Part shown: positions 20,913 to 31,224 of the stretch, piece after piece
Position numbering within the stretch: position 1 is the first letter of the stretch
Layout: the number at the start of each line of letters is the position of its first letter
Assembly (NCBI GenBank): GCA_965215005.1
Contig: CBDCCZ010000054.1
Coordinates: forward strand, 32,001-96,000
Direction: 5' to 3'
Source of the DNA: Kofleriaceae bacterium
Lineage (GTDB): Bacteria > Myxococcota_A > Polyangia > Haliangiales > Haliangiaceae
Length of the DNA: 64,000 nucleotides
Notes under the pieces: generated by a model
Told to the model about the DNA's origin: nothing
Database searches by the model: none
Seen by the model: only the letters and a program-made list of their open reading frames with translations
Made by a program: the position numbers and the translations under genes

Positions 20913-22646
20913 CTAGAAGGAAACCGCGGCGTCGAGCTCGAGGCGGTTGCTGCGGCGGATGAGCTTGGCGTCGAGCGAGGCGAGCGAGGCGAGCAGCTTA
21001 TACAAAAATGCGTGGTCGCCGTGGGCACCGAGCTGCTCAGCGAGCATCTCCAGGTCGACGTGCAGGCTGGCCAACGCGTTCACTGGACGCGGTCGCCGGC
21101 CGAGCCATCGGCGCAAAGCGCCCACGCCAGTGGCAGCGCCCACAGAGTGGCGTTGCGGGAGCTGAAAAGCGAGTACCGGCGTTGTGCCCCAGAGTCGCGT
21201 CTCTCGCCCGTCGAGTCGCTCGATGCGGCTGGCGCCAAACAGCTGCGCGAAGAGACGCTGGAGGTCGGCAGCGGCCGCGTCCGCCAGCGACAGCTCGCCC
21301 GCAGCAATCAGGGCGGAGGCGGTGGACGCGAGCTGCCAGACCGCAAAGCTGGCGGGTCCCAGGCCATCAACTAACCGAGCGCTGGTGTTGTTGATGCTTG
21401 CGATGTCGTCGAGCATCTTGCCGGCGAGCTCGAGCCAGCCAAAGCCGTAGGTGAGCACCGCGGCCGTCGCTCCGCAGGCCGCGATGGCGCGCCTCAGGCC
21501 GCGGATGGGCGGGCCGAGGATCGCTGGGCGCTGGAGTGAGCGCAGCGCACCGGGCCGCTGTAGATGCACGGCTCCGGTCACCGCCGCTGCTGCGCGGCCT
21601 CGCTGCCGCTGGACCCGCTTCCGCGTCTTATCACTCGAAGCGTGCTTGGCCAGCGGCTCGCGACTCACGCCGTGGGCGGTGAGCTGCGGCGTGCGATGAT
21701 GGGCCGTCGCCAAGACCCGCGCAATCGCCTCATCGCGAAGCCCCCACGACAGCCGCAGCGCGAGGCCCTTTGGCTGCGGGCTGATCACCAGCGCGGCGTT
21801 CTCGAGCGCTATCGTCTCGCTCCAGCGCGCGAACCCTTTGCAGCGCGGCGGCAGCGCGCGGCGCATTCCGTAAGCCAGAAAATTGGCCTGTTCGACAGCG
21901 CTGCCATCGCGCCACACCGCCTCCGCCGCGCTCCAGAGGAAGATGGCAGGCCCTTCGGGAAGGGCCGCTGTGGCACGCGTGAGGGTATCGTTCTTCGCGA
22001 CCCGATCGAGCGCTTGCCAAAGCGCGCTGCGGTGCCTCCAGGTCCACGCGCCGCCCGCGAGGTGGGCGAGGGCGTCCACCCGCAGCGCCGCCGCGTCGCG
22101 GCGCACCACCACCAGCTGTTGGCGCCACACCGCGACGAATACGACGCCGCGGCGCCGCAACCCGGAGAGGATTTGAACGCCGGCGCCGCTCGGCGCTGCC
22201 ATCAACGTCTGCAGAGCCGTCTCGGCGCCGGCGTCGATGAAGACCGCTTCGGGTAGCGAGCGTCCGAGGGCTCGCAGCGTGGTCAGGATCCGGCCGGCGT
22301 CGCTGATCGGCAACTGCGCGCGGCTGTGCCAAAGCGGCAAGGCGCGGCCGGCCCGTGGCACCGCTCGAGCGAGCGATATCCAAACCGGCTGGTCAGCTGA
22401 AAATCCAGCCTCGGTCCAGCCTGCTGTGGTGGTGAGGTCGCTGCCGGCGAGGCCGCGGCTGGTGAGGGCTATGAGGACCGAGAGCGCCTCGAGCGCTTGG
22501 CTTCGGCTGCGCAGTAGGCTCCATACTTGGAGCAGCGTGCTCGGCTCCAGTCGGGCCACTAGCAGCGCATCGCCATCGACCGCGGGCTCGGAGCCTTGCG
22601 CCGCGGCGTTGGCGCTGCTCAGGAGCACCGCCGACAGCAGGATCAT
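20913..22646 (-). CDS. Hypothetical secreted protein
   Basis: Long ORF with signal peptide, between selB and the TPR gene. No recognisable motif; start uncertain. Confidence 0.55.
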   Translation of the reverse strand: MILLSAVLLSSANAAAQGSEPAVDGDALLVARLEPSTLLQVWSLLRSRSQALEALSVLIALTSRGLAGSDLTTTAGWTEAGFSADQPVWISLARAVPRAGRALPLWHSRAQLPISDAGRILTTLRALGRSLPEAVFIDAGAETALQTLMAAPSGAGVQILSGLRRRGVVFVAVWRQQLVVVRRDAAALRVDALAHLAGGAWTWRHRSALWQALDRVAKNDTLTRATAALPEGPAIFLWSAAEAVWRDGSAVEQANFLAYGMRRALPPRCKGFARWSETIALENAALVISPQPKGLALRLSWGLRDEAIARVLATAHHRTPQLTAHGVSREPLAKHASSDKTRKRVQRQRGRAAAAVTGAVHLQRPGALRSLQRPAILGPPIRGLRRAIAACGATAAVLTYGFGWLELAGKMLDDIASINNTSARLVDGLGPASFAVWQLASTASALIAAGELSLADAAAADLQRLFAQLFGASRIERLDGRETRLWGTTPVLAFQLPQRHSVGAATGVGALRRWLGRRPRPVNALASLHVDLEMLAEQLGAHGDHAFLYKLLASLASLDAKLIRRSNRLELDAAVSF

Positions 22647-22779
22647 GGCGACGGTCGTGCGGCATCGCTGGTGGCCTACGAGCCCTCGTTGCTGGCGCGC
22701 AACCCGCCGCTCGCGTGGGCTCGGCGTCGGTAGCGCGAGCCGGCAATCAAACCAACGCTCGCGTCGCGGCCCCGGTGGC

Positions 22780-25700
22780 TTAGCGAGCTTGCAGCACGCG
22801 CATGCGCTTGCGGACATCCTCGAGTTTGCTCGCATCGGTGCCCGTGGCGAGGTACTCGCGCCACGCGCTGATTGCCGCGCCGCGCTGACCGAGGGAATAC
22901 TGCAGGTGTCCGAGGTCGTAGAGGGCATCGGCGCGCCAGGGATGGGAGTGTTTGGCGCGTCGAGTTGCTTCGCTCAGAGCGCGAGCGGCACGCGCTGCGT
23001 CATCGACGGCCACGTGCGACATTCCGAGGTGGTAGTACACCTCGGCGAGATCATTGCCGCTTCCGCGAGTGGCGCGCTCGAAGTGCTCAACGGCGCGGGC
23101 GTGCTGCTCGCGGGCCGCGTACGCGCGGCCGAGATCAAACTGAATCTGGCTGCTCGTTGGCGCTAGCGCTGCAGCTTGCGAGAGCACTTCGATGGCGCGG
23201 TCATTCTCGTTGCGCAAGAGGTGGATTCGCCCGCGTCCGAGAAGCGGGCTGAGGTAGTTGGGAGCCGCTTCGCTGGCCGCAGCATAGGCCTTGAGCGCCT
23301 GTTCCCATTGCTTGAGGGCCTCGCTCGCGCGCCCTAACCCGTCGAGGTACTGCGGGTTGGGGTCGAGCTCAGTCGCGGCGCGATATTCTCGTTCGGCGGC
23401 TTCGTAGTCGCCGCTGGCCTGCAGCCCTTCGCCGCGCAAGAAGTGGCCGGCGGGATCGCTAGGCTGCTCATCGAGGATGCTCTGGCCGAGCTCTTGCGCG
23501 CGCACAGTTTCGCCGATGCGCGCAAAGAATCGCCCGGCTCGCGCTCGCGCGTTGATCGATGGATTCTTGCTCGCGAGTAGGCTGTCGTACTGCGCTCGTG
23601 CCTCGGCGTCGCGCTTGCGCTCTTCGAAGATCAGCGCGAGCTGCAGACCGATGTCCTCGCGCGGCAGCTCGCTTTTCCACGCGCGCTCTAAGGTTTGGAT
23701 GGCTGCGTCCACGCGACCTTGCGCATAGAGAGCCATGCCGAGCTGCAGCTGCGCCTCGGTGTCGCTCGGCCGCTGCGCCAACGCATTCTCGAACCACTTC
23801 TGCGCTAGCGCCGGTTTGCCGGCACCGAGGTAGGAAACCCCGAGGGTCACCGCCAGCGCGGGGTTGCCATCGGCTCTGAGCTCGAGCGGCGCGAGAAGCT
23901 CGGCGGCTTCTTTGCTGCGGCCGCTGCCGACCAAAACATTGGCTAGTGCAACGGTGGGCTGAACGTTACTGGGAGGAGCCAATGAGCGCGCTTGCTCATA
24001 CGCGGTGATTGCGGTCTCGAGCTCGCCGCGCTCCGCGAGCACGGCCCCTCGCACCATGTGCGCTCGCGCCAGGTCTGCTGGATTGGCAATCGGTGGGGTG
24101 CGCGCCAGTAGCGCCTCCGCCCGCGCCGAGGCGTCATCGAAGTCGCGCTCTTCAATCGCGGTCTCGGCGCGGGTTAGGTTGGCGTCGAGGTGCTCGGAAT
24201 CGAGCTTGAGGACTTGGTCGAGCAGCTCGCGGGCGTAGACCGGGCGATTGTCGCGCAGCGCTGCGTGAGCTCGGCCGACGCGCGCCTCGATGTTGGATGG
24301 ATCGAGCTCCATCGCCTTCTCAAACCGGGTCTTGGCAACTTCGACGCGACCGGCGCGCAACGCTTCGTCGGCCGCCAAGGTCCATGCTCGGGCCACGGCT
24401 GGCGGATTGGCGTTTCCGATGTCCTTGCGCTGCAAGATCGCCATGTAGGCATTCTCACGGGCACCTAGGGGCCCGGGCTCGGCGGCTTGGGCAGCGCCAA
24501 TGAGCGCACCGAGGTGGTCGTCATCGACGGCGAGAATGGCGTGAAACAACTGCCGGGCCTCATCGGCCTCGCCGAGAGCGAGCTTGGCGGTTGCTAGCCC
24601 GTACATCGCGGGAAGCTTGCGCGCGGGCACGGCCTCCATGGCGCGCGCAAACGCCTCGGCGGCGGCAGCATCATCGTGCGCGGCCGCCAGCGCCCAGCCG
24701 CGATACAGCGCCGTGTCGCCATCCTTCTCGAGCTTGGCGAGTCGCGCGGCGGCGTCGGCCGGATTGCGCTGCGCGATCATCTGCAGCGCCAGCGCCTTCT
24801 CGATGTCGGCACCATGCGCGTTGGTCGCGTTGATGGTGCGCATGATGGCTTCGGCCTTGGGCCCGAGCTCGCTGGCGCTGCCGCCATCGAGGGTGGCGGC
24901 GTAATAGGCCTGCGCCGCCAAACCGAGCGCTTCGGAGTTGCCGGGCTCGAGCTCGAGTGCGGCTTCAGCGGCAGCGGCGGCGCGTTGCCAATGGGCGCTG
25001 CTGCCCGACCGTAGCTGCTCCCGCGCGGTGCGCAGGTGGAGCTGCAGCGCTTCGGCGCGCTCGGCTCGAGCTTGCCAGCGTTGCAAGAGGTAGACGCCAC
25101 CCGCACCGGCAAGCACCAGCAGGAGTGCGGCGCCGGCGATGATTTGGCGCGCGCGGGTACGCGGCGGCCGCGCGACGTTGGCGGATTCCGCAGCGACCGC
25201 GGCAACGCGTGAGCTCACCGCCGCACGCGGCTTGACCTCATCGGCGAGGTCGAGGTCGCCCATGGATTGCTGGTTTCGCGCTACGGCAACCGGCGCTCGA
25301 TCGGCACGTGCAGCTGGATGTTGACCGGTCGCGGCTTTGTGGAAGCTGACCACGCCGCCCGTCGTGGCCTTGGCCGGCTGCGGTGGTAGCTCGAGCTCGG
25401 CAAAGCCAGGGTCGTCGGCGGATGCCGCGGATCGCGACGTGGGCGGCCCAAAGTCGAGCGGCTCGCCGAGATCGAACGCGTCATCGCCGGCGGTCGCACC
25501 GAGCTCGAACGGCTGCGGGCCGCCGCTGCGGGTATCCATGGCGACATCAAAGGAACCCGATGGCCCCCCCATGGTCGGTGGAGCGAGCTCGAAGTCATCG
25601 AGGTCGAGGCTTCGGGACCGGTCTCGGCTGCTGGACTCGGAAGTGTCGAGTGCGCTCGACTCGCGCGCGCTATTCGCAGCAGGCTGAGTTTCTGGCCCGG

Positions 25701-27147
25701 GAGAGCTGCCGGCGAAGAATCCGCCCACTGCGGGCTCTGCAGCGCCCGCAGCGTTGGCCAAGAAACCCACGTCCTCGAGCTGAAAAGAGCCACTTGGCTC
25801 GCCTGCTTGAGCTGCAGCGAGATCGTCGAAGAAGCCCGGTGGCGATGGAAGCTCGAGCCCCTCGTCCGGTTGCGAAGCCCGCTTCGGCGCCGGAAGTCGC
25901 GGATCTTGATTGGAGAAGGGCGCCTTGGGTGTCGGTAGGTCGATGGAACCGGCGGAGTGCGGTGAATCGACGGGCGCGTTCTTAGGAGTGGGGAGATTGG
26001 CGAAAGGGTCGGAAGGGCCTTTAGGAGTGGGGAGATTGGCGAAAGGGTCGGAAGGGCCTTTGGGAGTGGGGAGATTGGCGAAAGGGTCGGAAGGGCCTTT
26101 AGGAGTGGGGAGATTGGCGAAAGGGTCGGAAGGGCCTTTAGGAGTGGGGAGATTGGCGAAAGGGTCGGAAGGGCCCTTGGGAGTGGGGAGATTGGCGAAA
26201 GGGTCGGAGGGGCCCTTAGGGGCGGGCAAGTCGTCGAGGTCGGCGAAGAAGTCGCTACCGTGTTTGGGCGCTGGCAAGTCAGCAAAGAAGTCGCTGCCCT
26301 GCGAATTCTCGGGGGCGAGCAAGTCCGATGGCTCGCGTGCGGCTGTAGGCCAGTCGCCGTTGGTCGAAGGACGCGTCGGGGCCAGCATGTCGTCGTCGCC
26401 CGCCTGAAAGCTCGGATCCAAGAGGGCATCCCCGCGAGCATGGGATGCCTCGCTACCACGTCCGCTCGATGCAGTTTGCGTCGCCGAGGCGCGCTGCCGC
26501 GACGCCGAGCCACGCTTGGGAGCGGGAAGGTCGGCGAGGTCGTCGAGGTCGAGCGGCGCTTTGGTAGCGCCAAATTGTGTCTTGGGAGCCGGGAGATCGG
26601 CGAGGTCATCGAGGTCGAGCGCGGCGCGAGTGGAGCCGGACGGAGACTTGGGAGCGGGAAGGTCGGCGAAGTCGTCGAGGTCGAGCGGCGCTTTGGTAGC
26701 GCCAAGCTGTGCCTTGGGAGCGGGAAGATCGGCGAGGTCATTGAGGTCGAGCGGAGCGCGCGCGGCGCCTAATGAATTCTTGGGAGCTGGCAAGTCGGCG
26801 AAGGGATCGCCGGCGAGATCGATGACATCGCCGGTGTCACCGCCGCGGCTGGGCGCTTCGACGAGGCCAGATTCCCAGCCCATGGCCGGCGCAGATGGCA
26901 TCGGATTGGCTGCAACGCCATTGCTCATCACGCCACGCGAGCTGCCATGGGGCAAGGTCTGCCGACTCGCCGGGGCTGCGCGCTGTGGCGGTTGCGAGCC
27001 TCGCGCGGCAAAACCGGAGGCGTCCGCGTCGTTGCCTCCGCGAACAGAAATCGACGCGCCGCACCTCGAGCACTCGATGACTCCCCCGCGTTGGTCATCG
27101 CTCAGCTCGTGGACGGCGCCGCACTTACCGCAGGTCGCCTTGACCAT
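22780..27147 (-). CDS. Zinc-ribbon + disordered repeat linker + TM + periplasmic TPR protein (~1455 aa)
   Basis: CGKC-x16-CSRC ribbon, [DN]LP[AT]PK repeats, TM IIAGAALLLVLAGAGGVYLL, many TPRs. Confidence 0.85.
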   Translation of the reverse strand: MVKATCGKCGAVHELSDDQRGGVIECSRCGASISVRGGNDADASGFAARGSQPPQRAAPASRQTLPHGSSRGVMSNGVAANPMPSAPAMGWESGLVEAPSRGGDTGDVIDLAGDPFADLPAPKNSLGAARAPLDLNDLADLPAPKAQLGATKAPLDLDDFADLPAPKSPSGSTRAALDLDDLADLPAPKTQFGATKAPLDLDDLADLPAPKRGSASRQRASATQTASSGRGSEASHARGDALLDPSFQAGDDDMLAPTRPSTNGDWPTAAREPSDLLAPENSQGSDFFADLPAPKHGSDFFADLDDLPAPKGPSDPFANLPTPKGPSDPFANLPTPKGPSDPFANLPTPKGPSDPFANLPTPKGPSDPFANLPTPKGPSDPFANLPTPKNAPVDSPHSAGSIDLPTPKAPFSNQDPRLPAPKRASQPDEGLELPSPPGFFDDLAAAQAGEPSGSFQLEDVGFLANAAGAAEPAVGGFFAGSSPGPETQPAANSARESSALDTSESSSRDRSRSLDLDDFELAPPTMGGPSGSFDVAMDTRSGGPQPFELGATAGDDAFDLGEPLDFGPPTSRSAASADDPGFAELELPPQPAKATTGGVVSFHKAATGQHPAARADRAPVAVARNQQSMGDLDLADEVKPRAAVSSRVAAVAAESANVARPPRTRARQIIAGAALLLVLAGAGGVYLLQRWQARAERAEALQLHLRTAREQLRSGSSAHWQRAAAAAEAALELEPGNSEALGLAAQAYYAATLDGGSASELGPKAEAIMRTINATNAHGADIEKALALQMIAQRNPADAAARLAKLEKDGDTALYRGWALAAAHDDAAAAEAFARAMEAVPARKLPAMYGLATAKLALGEADEARQLFHAILAVDDDHLGALIGAAQAAEPGPLGARENAYMAILQRKDIGNANPPAVARAWTLAADEALRAGRVEVAKTRFEKAMELDPSNIEARVGRAHAALRDNRPVYARELLDQVLKLDSEHLDANLTRAETAIEERDFDDASARAEALLARTPPIANPADLARAHMVRGAVLAERGELETAITAYEQARSLAPPSNVQPTVALANVLVGSGRSKEAAELLAPLELRADGNPALAVTLGVSYLGAGKPALAQKWFENALAQRPSDTEAQLQLGMALYAQGRVDAAIQTLERAWKSELPREDIGLQLALIFEERKRDAEARAQYDSLLASKNPSINARARAGRFFARIGETVRAQELGQSILDEQPSDPAGHFLRGEGLQASGDYEAAEREYRAATELDPNPQYLDGLGRASEALKQWEQALKAYAAASEAAPNYLSPLLGRGRIHLLRNENDRAIEVLSQAAALAPTSSQIQFDLGRAYAAREQHARAVEHFERATRGSGNDLAEVYYHLGMSHVAVDDAARAARALSEATRRAKHSHPWRADALYDLGHLQYSLGQRGAAISAWREYLATGTDASKLEDVRKRMRVLQAR
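25982..26215. repeat. Tandem 39-bp repeat x6 (coding GPSDPFANLPTPK)
   Basis: Unit TTAGGAGTGGGGAGATTGGCGAAAGGGTCGGAAGGGCCT at 25982, 26021, 26060, 26099, 26138 and 26177; near-identical, no spacers. Confidence 0.95.
26515..26796. repeat. Degenerate tandem 66-bp repeat x4+ (DLPAPK...LDLDDLA)
   Basis: CTTGGGAGC recurs at 26515, 26581, 26647, 26713 and 26779. Confidence 0.9.
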
Positions 27148-27367
27148 CGAACCGAGCATATCACGCAGCAAGTGCCGCAGAGCGCCCGCTTCGAGCCAGT
27201 CTTGCCCTGCGACAGGGACTGCCGCCGTGGTCTGCGGTGCGACATGTTGTGAGCACGAGCCACTCGCATCGCACGAGGTGGTCGCAAAAGATGCAAGCCG
27301 CAGAGCTCGCCAAACCACGGGAGCAACGCGCCGTGGCGGGTGACCGGCAATCGACGATCTGAAGCGA

Positions 27368-27982
27368 CTAAAACGGGTCGGCCGGAAGCTCTGCGGTGCT
27401 CTCACGCGAAGGACCGCGTGTGGGTGCCGCACCGGCGCGTCGCATCGCTTTCACGACCTGCCGGTGGATTCGCCGATCAATCTCGGGGAGTACCACCAAG
27501 AGAGTCGCGGCGCGCTCGGGACTCAGCACCTTACGCACCGCTGCAAAGCGCTCCTCTTCGAGCTTCCACAGCCGCGCACGCATCGCCACGGCTCGATCGA
27601 TGAGCGCATTGAGCTCGGCGGTCCGTCCCGCTTCCAACGAGAGGCGCATCTGTCGATGAATGGCAGCATTCTCTTGCACCAGCGCTTCGAAGCGCTCGTC
27701 GTAGCGGCCGAGCACCGGGAACAGCTTGGCGGCCCCGGCTTCATCGAGATCGAGCGCCTCAGTGAGCTTCCACGCCCGCATGGCGCGAATCCGCTCGCGG
27801 ACTTTCTCGCGCTTGCGCTCGCTCGCCTCAGGACGCTTGCGATGGTTTGTTTTGTCGCGTTTTGACGCTGGCTCCACGGTCGCGCCCGACGGGTCGGCGT
27901 GTGCCGCCGACATTTCCGCAGCGGAAGCGACGGTGAGCGCGATAGCCATCGCGGCCAAACGGAGCAGTTTCGGTAGTCGCAT
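27368..27982 (-). CDS. Secreted helical protein, Spy/CpxP-like
   Basis: Signal peptide, LTEALDLDE and VLSPERAA (LTxxQ-like) helices; third gene of the ECF unit. Confidence 0.65.
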   Translation of the reverse strand: MRLPKLLRLAAMAIALTVASAAEMSAAHADPSGATVEPASKRDKTNHRKRPEASERKREKVRERIRAMRAWKLTEALDLDEAGAAKLFPVLGRYDERFEALVQENAAIHRQMRLSLEAGRTAELNALIDRAVAMRARLWKLEEERFAAVRKVLSPERAATLLVVLPEIDRRIHRQVVKAMRRAGAAPTRGPSRESTAELPADPF

Positions 27983-27993
27983 CGGGATTCTCC

Positions 27994-28749
27994 TCAAGCA
28001 CCGAGCTCGACGAGCAGAGCGTCGAGCTCGGAATCGCTGAGCTCGTCGAGCACCGCCACGTAATCGGGCTCAGGCAGTAGCGCCACGCTGGCGTCGCTGG
28101 CGTACGGCATTTCATCGTCTTGGGGCCACGCTTCTTCGAGCGGCTGACTCTCCTCTAGAAGCGCGCTTGCCCAAGCCTCGCCGTCGTCATCGGGAGCCAT
28201 CTCATCACCGAGCGCGGCGAGCACAGCATCAAGCTCGGCAGCGCGCAGCCCTTCGACGGTAATCGCCTCGAGCGGCATCGGCTCGAGCGTTGGCCCAGCG
28301 GTCGGCGAGGTTGCAACGGAATCGGGGGCCAGACCCCGGCGCCCTGTTGCCTCGGGCCACGCGGCCCAAAGCAACGCCGCCCCGGCGCCCGCTCCGAGTA
28401 GCGCGATGGGGACCAGCCGGCGCAGCCAATCGCCGCCACCGAGCTCACCGTCACCCGGTGCTCGCGCGCTGGCCAATGGAGTGGTGGAGAGCAGTCGGCG
28501 CAGCCAACCACGGCGCGCATCTTGGGCATCGCACGCGCGGGCAATGCCCTCAGCGATGCGCCCCCACGGCGGCTCCTCGAGCGGTCGCGGCTGGCTTGCG
28601 CGCACTGCATTGATCACCGCACGCATTGCTTCGACCTCGGCGTTTGCCTCGGGATGGGCCGCGAGATAGGCGCGAACCTCGCCATCCTCGGCGCCGTCCG
28701 CAAACGCTGCCAAACGCTCAGCCGGTGGCGCATCATCTCGTTGCGTCAC
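27994..28749 (-). CDS. Putative membrane anti-sigma factor
   Basis: GTG start overlaps the sigma stop (GTGA); N-terminal anti-sigma-like helices, one TM, acidic C-terminus. Confidence 0.7.
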   Translation of the reverse strand: MTQRDDAPPAERLAAFADGAEDGEVRAYLAAHPEANAEVEAMRAVINAVRASQPRPLEEPPWGRIAEGIARACDAQDARRGWLRRLLSTTPLASARAPGDGELGGGDWLRRLVPIALLGAGAGAALLWAAWPEATGRRGLAPDSVATSPTAGPTLEPMPLEAITVEGLRAAELDAVLAALGDEMAPDDDGEAWASALLEESQPLEEAWPQDDEMPYASDASVALLPEPDYVAVLDELSDSELDALLVELGA

Positions 28750-29363
28750 GAAGATACCTCCGAGGTGCCTGCGAGCCGCAGCTTGAGCTTCTTGACCGCG
28801 TGGTGAAAATTGACCTTGGCGGCGTTCTCGCTGCAGTCGCACAGCTCGGCTACCTCGCGAAAACTCAGCTCATCATAGATGCGCAGCTCGAGCACCATGC
28901 GCTGCTTGGGCGGCAGCTCGTCGATGGCTTGGCGGAGGCGAGCGGCATCTTCGTCGGCGATGACGCGCGAGGCACCAACGGCGGTGGTAATCAGCGCATC
29001 CTCGGCCAATTCCGTCGGCTGCTCGCGCTTGTGGTCGCGCAAGTGGTTGAGCGCGAGGTTGATCGCAATGCGAAACAGCCAAGTTCGAAACGCGGCGTCG
29101 CCGCGGAACCGGGCCACGGAGCGATAGGCGCGCACGAAGGCGCGCTGGGTGACGTCGGCGGCATCTGCGTCGTTCTTGACGTACCGCAGCGCCAAGTAGA
29201 ACACCTGCTTCTGATAGCGTCGCACGAGCTCATCGAAGGCGGTCCGCTCGCCCGCCTGGCAGGCGCGAACCAGCGCGGCGTCGTCGGTGCTGGCATCTCG
29301 GGCGGGAGGGTCGGCGCGCTTCATCGTGAGGGCTGCCAATCGCGCGGTGAAGGAGGTGCTCAC
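28746..29363 (-). CDS. ECF (sigma70 group IV) RNA polymerase sigma factor
   Basis: AFDELVRRY, DAADVTQ, FRTWLFRIAINL, LPPKQR, SFREVA. Confidence 0.93.
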   Translation of the reverse strand: MSTSFTARLAALTMKRADPPARDASTDDAALVRACQAGERTAFDELVRRYQKQVFYLALRYVKNDADAADVTQRAFVRAYRSVARFRGDAAFRTWLFRIAINLALNHLRDHKREQPTELAEDALITTAVGASRVIADEDAARLRQAIDELPPKQRMVLELRIYDELSFREVAELCDCSENAAKVNFHHAVKKLKLRLAGTSEVSS

Positions 29364-29368
29364 CGCCC

Positions 29369-29396
29369 TTCGACCCCGCGCTTGCGAGCCAGGTTA
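29369..29396 (-). promoter_or_regulatory. Putative autoregulatory ECF promoter
   Basis: Minus strand reads TAAC-N17-GGTCGAA, ending 6 nt before the sigma GTG at 29363. Confidence 0.45.
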
Positions 29397-29454
29397 AGCG
29401 CAGGTACCCTGCGCGGCCAACTGCGCCGAATCGTTGGCGCGACCGGGGTGCACG

Positions 29455-30714
29455 ATGCTCGATATAAATCGCATGAATGAGGTAGACCGCCGCGGCGGCG
29501 ATGTAGGTGCCCTGGTCGCAGAGCTCACGGCGGCGTCATCGGAGCGCAAACAGCTCCAGAGCACGCTGGATGAGCTGCGTGCCCAGCGCAACGCGGCCAA
29601 CCAGAAGATGGCCAAAGCCAACAAGCAGTCGGCAGAGTTTGCGGCGGCGCGCGATGAGCTGCGCGAGCTATCGCACCGCATCAAATCCGGCGAGACCGAG
29701 CTGGCGGTGCTCGAGGCGCGAGTTCGGCAGCTATGGATGGTCATCCCCAACGCGCCGCACGCCTCGGTGCCGCCGGGGGCGGGTGCGGAGGACAACGTCG
29801 TTCTGCACGTGTGGGGCGAGAAGCCGCAGTATGACTTCGCGCCAAAGGCCCACTGGGATCTCGGCGAGGCACTGGGGATCCTCGACTTCGAAGCCGCCGG
29901 CAAGATCAGCGGCGCGCGGTTTTGCGTGCTGCGCGGCCATGGAGCCAGGCTCACCCGCGCGCTCCTATCCTTCATGCTCGACCTGCACGGCCGAGCCGGA
30001 TACGAGGAAGTTTGGCCGCCGGCGATGGTGCGTCGGCACGCCATGGAAGGCACCGGGCAGCTGCCCAAGTTCGAGAGCGATGCGTTCAAGACCCAGGGCG
30101 AGCAAGAGTATTTCCTCTCGCCCACCGCCGAGGTTCAGGTGACCAACCTGCATCGCGAGTCGATCCTCGAGCCGGGGACGCTGCCGCTCCGCTACTGTGC
30201 GTATTCCCCGTGTTTTCGAGCGGAGGCTGGCTCGTACGGCAAAGACACCCGCGGGCTGATTAGGCAACATCAGTTCGACAAGGTCGAGCTCGTCGAGCTG
30301 GTCGAGCCGGAGCGAAGCTATGAGGCTCTGGAAGCGCTGCGGGCGCAGGCGGAAACCGTGTTGCAGGAGCTGGGGCTGCACTATCGCGTGATGACGTTGA
30401 GCACGGGCGACCTCAGCTTTGCCGCCGCCAAGACCTACGACTTAGAGGTGTGGTTGCCGGGCCAGGATGCGTTCCGGGAGATTTCCTCCATCTCCAACTT
30501 CGAAGCCTTTCAAGCGCGGCGCGCGCAGATTCGCTACCGCGCCGACGCCGGTGGTAAGCCGCGGCTGGTCCACACCCTCAACGGATCTGGGGTGGCCATC
30601 GGTCGGGCCATTGTCGCGATTCTGGAGCAGTATCAGCATGCCGACGGCAGCGTAACGGTGCCGGCGGCGCTGCGATTTTATATGGGCGGAGTCGAGCGAA
30701 TCGCGGCAAGGTGA
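29455..30714 (+). CDS. serS: Serine--tRNA ligase
   Basis: MLD start, [43 protein letters not shown]. Confidence 0.97.
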   Translation: MLDINRMNEVDRRGGDVGALVAELTAASSERKQLQSTLDELRAQRNAANQKMAKANKQSAEFAAARDELRELSHRIKSGETELAVLEARVRQLWMVIPNAPHASVPPGAGAEDNVVLHVWGEKPQYDFAPKAHWDLGEALGILDFEAAGKISGARFCVLRGHGARLTRALLSFMLDLHGRAGYEEVWPPAMVRRHAMEGTGQLPKFESDAFKTQGEQEYFLSPTAEVQVTNLHRESILEPGTLPLRYCAYSPCFRAEAGSYGKDTRGLIRQHQFDKVELVELVEPERSYEALEALRAQAETVLQELGLHYRVMTLSTGDLSFAAAKTYDLEVWLPGQDAFREISSISNFEAFQARRAQIRYRADAGGKPRLVHTLNGSGVAIGRAIVAILEQYQHADGSVTVPAALRFYMGGVERIAAR

Positions 30715-30787
30715 GCGGGGACCGCAGGAAGGCAGCAAGGCTTCCGGTGAACGAATCGGGGTCATGACGTTTTTGGCCGCACGAGTC

Positions 30788-30815
30788 TTTACAAGCAAGG
30801 CAGCACCCCTATACT
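30788..30815 (+). promoter_or_regulatory. sigma70 stable-RNA promoter for the tRNA cluster
   Basis: TTTACA-N16-TATACT followed by a GC-rich discriminator, 20 nt before tRNA-Ser. Confidence 0.65.
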
Positions 30816-30835
30816 TGCGCCTCTCCGGGGCTCCC

Positions 30836-30920
<85 letters not shown>

Positions 30921-30982
30921 CACTGTCACTTTGAAAATTGAATAGCTGCAAGAACGATTGGTGTCATGAAGCCGGCGAGTTT

Positions 30983-31075
<93 letters not shown>

Positions 31076-31136
31076 CTCAACTGTATGGAATCGTTAGAGT
31101 CGCAGCGGCATTGTTCGTTGCGGCTCATTCATCGCG

Positions 31137-31214
<78 letters not shown>

Positions 31215-31224
31215 CAGGGCCCGC

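Noticed and set aside
25982..26215. 39-bp direct repeats resembling a CRISPR array
   Set aside because: Units abut with no spacers, are in frame within a CDS, and no cas genes are present.
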